A stretch of DNA of 26,689 bases from Gammaproteobacteria bacterium (GTDB lineage: Bacteria; Pseudomonadota; Gammaproteobacteria; GCA-001735895), in assembly GCA_050298595.1 (NCBI GenBank), contig JBNKUM010000053.1, positions 1 through 26,689 of the forward strand, given 5' to 3'. Below, piece by piece: positions 19,696 through 26,689 of this stretch. A model generated the notes under the pieces. It was not told the origin of the DNA and made no database searches. It was given only the letters and a program-made list of their open reading frames with translations. The first letter of the stretch is position 1, and each line of letters opens with the position of its first letter. Position numbers and translations under genes: made by a program.

Positions 19696-20717
19696 GCAGA
19701 AGTTAGAAATCTTGCCGTTAAATCGACAGTTGGGATGATTTTTTCATAGGCAATACGCGTTGGGCCAATAACTCCAAGTACTCCAACGACTTCATTATTA
19801 ATAGTGTAAGGGGCACCAATCACCGATAAATCGCTTAAAACGCTATAGCCGGATTCGCTACCAACAAAGATTTGCACGCCTTTGGCCTGGGTGCAACCTT
19901 CCAGAATATGCAGCAGGTCGCGCTTACTGTTAAAAATATCGAATATCTCGCGCAGCTTCCCAATATCTGATAATTCAGCAAATTGCAGTAGATTGGATTC
20001 CCCGGTCGTCAGCAGATCTTCCGCATTACCCTGATGACATACCGCCCCCATGACCTCCAGTACAGATTCAAGAATAGAATTCACCTGATCTTTATACTGG
20101 CGCAATTCTGATAGTAATTTTTCTCTGGCTGGAGCGAAATCCGAACCAATCAAATACTGACCCAGTTGGCGCGCTAGCTGGGTTAACTCCAGATCAGTAT
20201 AATCACGATCAACATGGATGATTTTGTTGTGTACCTGATCAGCGTTCACCACCATGATCACTAATATCCTGCGATCAGATAGCTTCATAAATTCAATATG
20301 TCGAATTTCGGTATGCGATGGCTTACTGACACTAATCAGCCCCGTCAACTGGGTCATTTGTGACAGCATACTGGATGCTGTGCGGATTAAATCGCTTGAG
20401 GTTTTATCCGAGGTAAATGCATTATTGAGAGATTGTTCAACCGACTTTCCTAAATCCTTCACTTCCAATAAACTGTCGATGAAAAATCGATAACCTGCCT
20501 GGGTGGGAATTCGACCGGCAGAAGTATGAGGCGAGTTAACCAGCCCCATATCTTCAAGTTTTGCCATAATATTACGAATAGTCGCAGAACTGACATCAAT
20601 TCCCGAAAGCTGCGCCAGGCTTTTTGATCCAACGGGTTGACCGTCACGGGTATAGGACTGAATCAGATATTTAAGTAGAATTTGAGCGCGTTCATCAAGT
20701 TCATACGATTCAGCCAT
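19677..20717 (-). CDS. hrcA: Heat-inducible transcription repressor HrcA
   Basis: Motifs PVGSKSL, SSATIRNIM, PHTSAGRIPT..GYRFFID and GVIGPTRI. Confidence 0.97.
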   Translation of the reverse strand: MAESYELDERAQILLKYLIQSYTRDGQPVGSKSLAQLSGIDVSSATIRNIMAKLEDMGLVNSPHTSAGRIPTQAGYRFFIDSLLEVKDLGKSVEQSLNNAFTSDKTSSDLIRTASSMLSQMTQLTGLISVSKPSHTEIRHIEFMKLSDRRILVIMVVNADQVHNKIIHVDRDYTDLELTQLARQLGQYLIGSDFAPAREKLLSELRQYKDQVNSILESVLEVMGAVCHQGNAEDLLTTGESNLLQFAELSDIGKLREIFDIFNSKRDLLHILEGCTQAKGVQIFVGSESGYSVLSDLSVIGAPYTINNEVVGVLGVIGPTRIAYEKIIPTVDLTARFLTSALNSQK

Positions 20718-20775
20718 TTTGTTTCACTACGTTATCAATATTAAAGAATGCAATTGTAAACCGATTAATATACCC

Positions 20776-21645
20776 ATGCTAGAAACCTCTTTCAACACCA
20801 TCGGAATTATTGTGCGTCAGCAAAGCTCGGGGCATAAAGATGAAATCCGCATAATCTTCGAAGCTTTAATGGCTTATGGAGAACTATTAATCCATTACCT
20901 GGATGACGATATCAGTCTGCAGGAATATCCCGCAGCCAGCATTGAGCAGATTGGAGCGCATGCAGATCTTGTTGTATCGATCGGTGGTGACGGTACCTTG
21001 CTCACGACCACTCGATTACTGGTGGATTACCAGATTCCTCTGGTCGGTATCAATCTGGGGCGACTTGGCTTTCTCGCTGATGTCACCATGCTTGGGCTAA
21101 AACAGCATCTGACTGAAATATTTGAAGGTAATTACAGCATAGAAAAACGTTTTCTACTGCAGGGTGAGATTGAACTCCACGATGGCCCGACAAACACTTA
21201 CATTGGTTTAAACGATATTATTCTGCACAGCCATGAATCGGTAAGTATGATCGAATTTGAGGTTTTTTCAGATGGAAAACTCATCAACCGACAGCGTGCT
21301 GATGGCCTGATTGTATCAACACCCACAGGGTCCACCGCTTATTCGCTTTCTGGTGGTGGTCCAATTATGCACCCTAGCCTGCAGGCTATCTCGCTGGTAC
21401 CAATTTGTCCCCACACCCTGAGTCACCGCCCTATTGTGCTGCCTGCAGATCGCCAGATTGATATTCAACTCAGTCATGATATGGCCGCTCAGGTCAGCTT
21501 CGATGGAGTGACACGCTCCATCATCAAAAGCCAGGATAAAATTCATATCCAGCGCTACCAAAAAGAGATCACACTGTTACATCCTGAAGGATATAATTAC
21601 TTCCATATTCTACGCGCCAAACTTAACTGGAGTAATCACCCCTGA
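20776..21645 (+). CDS. nadK: NAD kinase
   Basis: GGDGTLL, GINLGRLGFL and DGLIVSTPTGSTAYSLSGGGP. The start is probably the ATG at 20776. Confidence 0.97.
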   Translation: MLETSFNTIGIIVRQQSSGHKDEIRIIFEALMAYGELLIHYLDDDISLQEYPAASIEQIGAHADLVVSIGGDGTLLTTTRLLVDYQIPLVGINLGRLGFLADVTMLGLKQHLTEIFEGNYSIEKRFLLQGEIELHDGPTNTYIGLNDIILHSHESVSMIEFEVFSDGKLINRQRADGLIVSTPTGSTAYSLSGGGPIMHPSLQAISLVPICPHTLSHRPIVLPADRQIDIQLSHDMAAQVSFDGVTRSIIKSQDKIHIQRYQKEITLLHPEGYNYFHILRAKLNWSNHP

Positions 21646-23315
21646 TGTTAGAGTCTATCTCGATCAGTAACTTCACCATTATTGATCATAACCATATCGA
21701 TTTTAACCGTGGCATGACGGCATTAACCGGTGAAACCGGTGCAGGTAAATCGATTCTTCTGGATGCAATCAAGCTGGTACTGGGCGATCGAGCAGATTCG
21801 GACTGTGTAAAAAGTGGCACTGAAAGAGCCGATATTTCAGTAAGTTTTGATCTTGGCGATATTCCAGAAGCCCAGCGTTGGTTGCAGCAAAACGAATTCA
21901 ATGAAGAAAATGAATGCCTTATTCGTCGCGTCATACAGGCGACTGGACGTAGCAAGGCTTTCATTAACGGCACACCAGCAAGCCTGAGCCAGTTAAAACA
22001 GTTAGGCGAAATGCTGGTCGACCTGCATGGTCAGCATGAACACCAGTCACTACAAAAACCAGCCATCCAGTTGCAGTTGCTTGATAGTTCTATGGCTAAA
22101 CCAGAGCTGTTAGCTCAAGTTAAACAGTTATATGACGACTATCAAGCGCTACAAACACGCTATCGTCAGGCGATGGATGATTCAACTGATAAGCAGCAGC
22201 GTATCGATTTGCTAAAACTCTACACGGATGAGTTTTCACAGCTGGATTTACGGGCTGAAGAAATTAATGATTTAAAGAATGAGTCGCAACGCCTGTCACA
22301 TGCAGGTCAGATTCTGGAAAGCTGTGATAGCATCATTAATACTCTATACGAAAGTGACGAGGCTAATATCCAGCACCTGCTTTCAAGCTGCGATGATAAG
22401 CTTGAACAGTTACAGCGCCTTGATTCATCTCTTAAAGGCACCCATGAGCTCATCAGCAGTGCACTGATACAGGTTCAGGAAGCAGCTTCGGAAATAAACA
22501 CCTACAGAGACAACATTGAACTGGATCCAGCCCGACTCGACTGGGTTAACCAACGCCTCACCCTGATTCAGGGCCTGGCGCGAAAACATAATGTTGCTAG
22601 CGATGAGCTGATTTCTCTGTCTAGCCAAATGGAGCAGGAACTCGATCAACTGACACTGGATGAGAAGGATATTGAAAAGCTAACACGTCTCTGCGACCAG
22701 GCCAGAGTTGCCTATCTACAGGCTGCACAGACCTTATCGAAAGCGCGTACACACACAGCACAACAACTCTCCACACAGATCTCTGAAGTCATGCAAACGT
22801 TGGGCATGCAGGGTGGGCAGTTTCAAATACAGGTAATCAATCAGGCTGAAAGTGGTAAATTTACCGCTAGCGGCGTGGACCAGATAATATTCCAGGTTAG
22901 CGCTAACCCAGGACAACCTTTACGCCCGATGGGCAAGGTGGCTTCGGGTGGTGAATTATCGCGCATTAGTCTGGCGATACAGGTCATTCTGTCTCAATCC
23001 AGTCAAATCCCCACCCTGATTTTTGATGAAGTTGATAGCGGAATCGGCGGGGGTATAGCAGAAATTGTTGGACGAAAACTGCGAGAAATTGCCAAACATC
23101 GACAGGTGTTCTGTGTCACCCACCTGCCTCAAGTTGCTTCTCAGGCACATCAACATTATCAGGTGACGAAAAATAAAACGTCGCTAAATACCACTACCGA
23201 TGTTGTACCACTAGATGATTCACAAAGGCTGGAAGAAATTGCTCGTATGCTCGGAGGTATGACTATCACCGAGCAAACCCGAGCGCATGCTCGCGAGATG
23301 ATAGAAAGCGTTTAA
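21645..23315 (+). CDS. recN: DNA repair protein RecN
   Basis: Walker A TGETGAGKS, HGQHEHQ, coiled coil, ASGGELSR, FDEVD and VTHLPQVA. Confidence 0.98.
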   Translation: MLESISISNFTIIDHNHIDFNRGMTALTGETGAGKSILLDAIKLVLGDRADSDCVKSGTERADISVSFDLGDIPEAQRWLQQNEFNEENECLIRRVIQATGRSKAFINGTPASLSQLKQLGEMLVDLHGQHEHQSLQKPAIQLQLLDSSMAKPELLAQVKQLYDDYQALQTRYRQAMDDSTDKQQRIDLLKLYTDEFSQLDLRAEEINDLKNESQRLSHAGQILESCDSIINTLYESDEANIQHLLSSCDDKLEQLQRLDSSLKGTHELISSALIQVQEAASEINTYRDNIELDPARLDWVNQRLTLIQGLARKHNVASDELISLSSQMEQELDQLTLDEKDIEKLTRLCDQARVAYLQAAQTLSKARTHTAQQLSTQISEVMQTLGMQGGQFQIQVINQAESGKFTASGVDQIIFQVSANPGQPLRPMGKVASGGELSRISLAIQVILSQSSQIPTLIFDEVDSGIGGGIAEIVGRKLREIAKHRQVFCVTHLPQVASQAHQHYQVTKNKTSLNTTTDVVPLDDSQRLEEIARMLGGMTITEQTRAHAREMIESV

Positions 23316-23722
23316 GAGGTTTCGTCGCTGAAATGACCGTATAGAATCATGGTGTGTTCGGAGATTTTAAAACCGTATTTGGCAGCAATTTCTTTCTGTC
23401 GCTTCTCTATCTCCTCATCATAAAACTCAACCACCTTGCCGGTTTTGATGTCCACCAGGTGATCGTGATGCTCGCCATCATTGATTTCGAAAACAGCATG
23501 CCCGCCTTCAAAGTGGTGTCGCGTCACCAGACCCGCTGACTCAAATTGAGTCAATACTCGGTATACCGTTGCCAAAGCGATTTCTTCGCCGGCATCTAGC
23601 AACATTTTATAGACATCTTCCGCCTTCAAATGGCGCTTACCGCTATTATCAAGCAGTTCCAGAATTTTCATTCTGGGTAAGGTTATCTTAAGGCCTACTT
23701 TCTTTAAATCTGCTGTTTCCAT
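23312..23722 (-). CDS. fur: Ferric uptake regulator
   Basis: Motifs GLKITLPR, LATVYRVLTQFE and HHDHL. Confidence 0.97.
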   Translation of the reverse strand: METADLKKVGLKITLPRMKILELLDNSGKRHLKAEDVYKMLLDAGEEIALATVYRVLTQFESAGLVTRHHFEGGHAVFEINDGEHHDHLVDIKTGKVVEFYDEEIEKRQKEIAAKYGFKISEHTMILYGHFSDETS

Positions 23723-23802
23723 AAACTCTCGTTAACTGTTGATTGCTGTTTACTATCAGGCCAAGTATGATCTGCCATCCGAGTTATACAGCCTTTATAG
23801 TT

Positions 23803-24108
23803 ATGCGTTTATCCCACTTACTTTTTTTATTTTTAATCATTGTAACATCTCAATCCTGTGTATACCGCATGGATATACCTCAGGGTAACCGTGTCGATGC
23901 TGACAAACTGGAGCAGCTGGAAATCGGTATGACGCGCAAACAGGTAGAGTTTTTACTGGGCAAAGCAGCCATTAACGACCCTTACCATGCTAATAAAGCG
24001 TACTATATTTATTACCTGTATAAAGGTGAAGAACAACAGTCAGAACAGAAAACCATGACGCTGACTTATGACAAGGATACGCTGGTTGATATTGAAGGCG
24101 CTTTATGA
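23803..24108 (+). CDS. bamE: Outer membrane assembly lipoprotein BamE
   Basis: Signal peptide then C-VYRMDIPQGN, and GMTRKQVEFLLG. Divergent from fur as usual. Confidence 0.92.
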   Translation: MRLSHLLFLFLIIVTSQSCVYRMDIPQGNRVDADKLEQLEIGMTRKQVEFLLGKAAINDPYHANKAYYIYYLYKGEEQQSEQKTMTLTYDKDTLVDIEGAL

Positions 24109-24456
24109 TGCAGGGGTTTCCTGCTCTTCTTCTTTGCCACCGCCTCTTTTCATCCTGAGCCCCTGCTCAGCACGTTTTTTGCGAACTTCTTTCGGGTCAG
24201 CAATGAGTGGTCGGTAAATTTCTATCCGATCACCATTCTCTAGCGAATGATCAGGGCGGATAACCTTACCAAAGATACCAATATCACAACTGTCCTTTGC
24301 TATCTCGGGGAAATACTCGTCTATCGCCGAGTTAATAACTGCATCTCGCGGGCTTGTTCCAGGCTCTACACGACACTCAAGTATCATTTGTTTATCGGGC
24401 GTCGCATAGGCAATCTCAATATAAATTGATTCGGCTGATTGTGTAGTCTGATTCAT
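24103..24456 (-). CDS. ratB: RnfH-family / RatB ubiquitin-like protein
   Basis: IEIAYATP, GIFGK and GDRIEIYRPLIADPKEVR. The ATG overlaps the ratA stop (ATGA). Confidence 0.92.
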   Translation of the reverse strand: MNQTTQSAESIYIEIAYATPDKQMILECRVEPGTSPRDAVINSAIDEYFPEIAKDSCDIGIFGKVIRPDHSLENGDRIEIYRPLIADPKEVRKKRAEQGLRMKRGGGKEEEQETPAS

Positions 24457-24887
24457 TTTCGATATAGTTGATGAGCTCGTTGACAAAAGGCATCTACCAG
24501 AGTGTTCGCAATCTGAGTAAAAACCGGTCCGATCAGCAATCCTACCAGACGGTTAGAAAACTCGAAATCCAGATTAAGCTCTATCTTACTCCCCTGCTCT
24601 GATAAATTGGTAAAAATCCAGTCGCCCTGTAACACTTTAAAAGGTCCATTGACCAGATTCATATGAATTTTCTCGCCATCAATCAAATCATTTTGAGTCG
24701 TAAAACTATGATTTAACTTACCTTTTTTCATCAATACTGAGGCTTTCATGGATGACTCGGTCTGATCAATGATCTGACTACTGGCACACCAGGGTAAAAA
24801 TTCCTGGTAACGATCTACACCATTGACGATGTCATACATTTGTTTAGCCGTGTATGGCATCAGTGCATTGCGATTAATATGAGGCAT
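24453..24887 (-). CDS. ratA: RatA/PasT (Coq10-like START domain protein)
   Basis: Motifs YQEFLPWC, SFTTQN, GPFKVLQGDW and VDAFCQRA. Confidence 0.95.
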   Translation of the reverse strand: MPHINRNALMPYTAKQMYDIVNGVDRYQEFLPWCASSQIIDQTESSMKASVLMKKGKLNHSFTTQNDLIDGEKIHMNLVNGPFKVLQGDWIFTNLSEQGSKIELNLDFEFSNRLVGLLIGPVFTQIANTLVDAFCQRAHQLYRK

Positions 24888-26296
24888 TATATTCCTATCA
24901 ACCTTAGTGTTGACAGCATTACAATGAATATAAGTACAGGGGTGATATATCTAATAGTAAAATTCCACACTTCAAATGAGTGCCTATGAGAAAGGTTTAA
25001 AGCCTCAAAGGTCACGCTACGCGGTAATTTCCAGCCGACAAACAATGCGATCAGCAAGGCGACAAAGGGTTGAATAAAGTTACTGGATATAAAAATGATC
25101 ACATCATGAAAACCGGCCTCGTTTACGACGCGATAAGCTTCGTTACCAAAGTTGATGACCATGGTAAAACCCGAATCATTCCATAGACTATAGGAAAAAA
25201 TAGTCCCTAAACCAAGTAACCAGACCATAAACCCCAGGTGAACAGCAGCTTTTTGTCGCGAGATTCTAAAACGGAGTTTATAGCAGTTGAGAATCGCTTC
25301 CAGCAGAGCGACAGCTGTAGTCACTGCTGCCAGTGCCAGTAGCAGGTAAAACAAAGCGCCGAAAAAATACCCATATTCAAACGAACCAAACACCGTAGGC
25401 AAGACCTTGAACGCCAGCTCATCATCCAGTACGGGCTCCAGGTCGGCGGAGAAAATCAGCGCATTAATCGCCAGCCCAGTGAAGATAGAAAACAGTAAAT
25501 CGACGACTATAACCTGTGCAGCAGCATAACCCAGAGGAATGCGCTCATCCATATAAGACCCATAGATGGTCATCACACCAAGTCCTAATGCCAGGGTAAA
25601 AAAAGCGCGTTGAAGAGCAAGCAAAGGCATTCCGGAGTCAACCCTTGACCAGTCAGGGTAGAGAATATATTGCACGCTTTCTGTCAGCCCGCTGGAGTAA
25701 AAGGCATACAGCAAACCAACTACTAGCAGAAAGACCATGGTTGGCACCAGCACTAAAAATATTTTTTCCAGTCCCTGTTTTAAGCTCTGGGCTGAAATAG
25801 CCACGACAATTATCACAAACAGCGTATGCCACAACATCATAGCTTCTGAATTCTTTTGAAAATTCCGGAACAGGGCACCAGCACCGTCCAGGGTTGCGCC
25901 ATTATAGATACCCAGGCCGGACTTAAAGAAATAAGCCAGTGACCAGCCTGATAGCACACTATAGGTAGAAAGCAGCAAAAAACCGGCTAATAATGCTAAC
26001 AGCCCAACAAGCTTCCAGTAAATCGAGGCATTATTTTCAGAAGCCAGATTATCCAGACTATCAACAATATTGGAACGTGCGAGACGGCCCAGCATCAATT
26101 CACTCATTAAAAGCGGTAACCCAAGCACCAAAAGAAAGAAAATATACATCAAAAGGAAAGCGCCACCGCCATTCTCTCCGGCCATCACAGGGAAGGTTAG
26201 GAAATCTTTCAGGCTCAGTGTCGCACCAGCAGCAATAACCACAAAGGTTGTATGTCCTCGCCAGAGAAATGTCTGATTGTTATTAGTGTTAGCCAT
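24887..26296 (-). CDS. Sodium-dependent transporter (NSS/SNF family)
   Basis: FPVMAGENGGGAFLLMY, GLPLLMSELMLGR, AFFTLALG.GVMTIYGSY and about 11-12 hydrophobic segments. Confidence 0.92.
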   Translation of the reverse strand: MANTNNNQTFLWRGHTTFVVIAAGATLSLKDFLTFPVMAGENGGGAFLLMYIFFLLVLGLPLLMSELMLGRLARSNIVDSLDNLASENNASIYWKLVGLLALLAGFLLLSTYSVLSGWSLAYFFKSGLGIYNGATLDGAGALFRNFQKNSEAMMLWHTLFVIIVVAISAQSLKQGLEKIFLVLVPTMVFLLVVGLLYAFYSSGLTESVQYILYPDWSRVDSGMPLLALQRAFFTLALGLGVMTIYGSYMDERIPLGYAAAQVIVVDLLFSIFTGLAINALIFSADLEPVLDDELAFKVLPTVFGSFEYGYFFGALFYLLLALAAVTTAVALLEAILNCYKLRFRISRQKAAVHLGFMVWLLGLGTIFSYSLWNDSGFTMVINFGNEAYRVVNEAGFHDVIIFISSNFIQPFVALLIALFVGWKLPRSVTFEALNLSHRHSFEVWNFTIRYITPVLIFIVMLSTLRLIGI

Positions 26297-26689
26297 AAAA
26301 TCTAAATCTTGTGATCCTTAACCCCATTATCCTGTAAAAGATATAAGAAACATAGTCGAAGCAAGTTTTATAAAATGCCACCAAAACTCACCTATTATGG
26401 TGGGAAAAATGCCGAGACAAGATGCTAACAGCCGCGAACTTAATGTCAATCAGTAACCCCATGGAATACCCCTATGGTAATGGACAATATTTAAATATTT
26501 ATTAAACCGCTAATAGATCTTAGATATATCGTCACCAGTTAGATAACGAATTACTCACATTTAAAAGTACTGGAAAAATCTTGAACATACCTACATGCAG
26601 TCTGATATTCTGAATGAAACATCTGCAAAGCAAACCGTAAATGAAGCAAATCTTCTTTTTACCGTTCTTGAATGAAGTGATATATCACC

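Noticed and set aside
24103-24887. ratA-ratB as a novel toxin-antitoxin or defence system
   Set aside because: This is a conserved core locus next to bamE-fur-recN, and RatA is a Coq10-like protein.
26297-26689. AT-rich end region with a 26-codon ORF (26595-26675) and no smpB start, although smpB often follows this locus
   Set aside because: Too short and cut by the window edge to interpret.

Overview
Gammaproteobacterial-type chromosomal window with two parts. The left ~7.6 kb is accessory. It holds a decayed integron read on the minus strand: a truncated intI at 3534, an attI core at ~3260, cassette 1 (AT-rich membrane protein) and cassette 2 (SigZ-like ECF sigma factor plus a Cys-rich arsenite methyltransferase ArsM). 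The attC of cassette 2 is split by the 5' end of a group IIC intron. That intron carries two short palindromic repeat insertions, and one of them is the landing site of an IS110/IS1111-type element whose 3' non-coding region resembles a bridge/seekRNA with a segment complementary to its flank. A further solitary cassette with a damaged attC lies at a secondary site behind nhaA. The rest is mostly housekeeping: HD hydrolase, GNAT-nitrilase, MarR, nhaA, guaC, Sfum_1244-like protein, 2OG oxygenase, TAXI receptor, ATL, M48 peptidase, dapB-dnaJ-dnaK-grpE-hrcA, nadK-recN, fur-bamE, ratB-ratA and an NSS transporter. All calls are from reading the sequence by eye; no searches were run.
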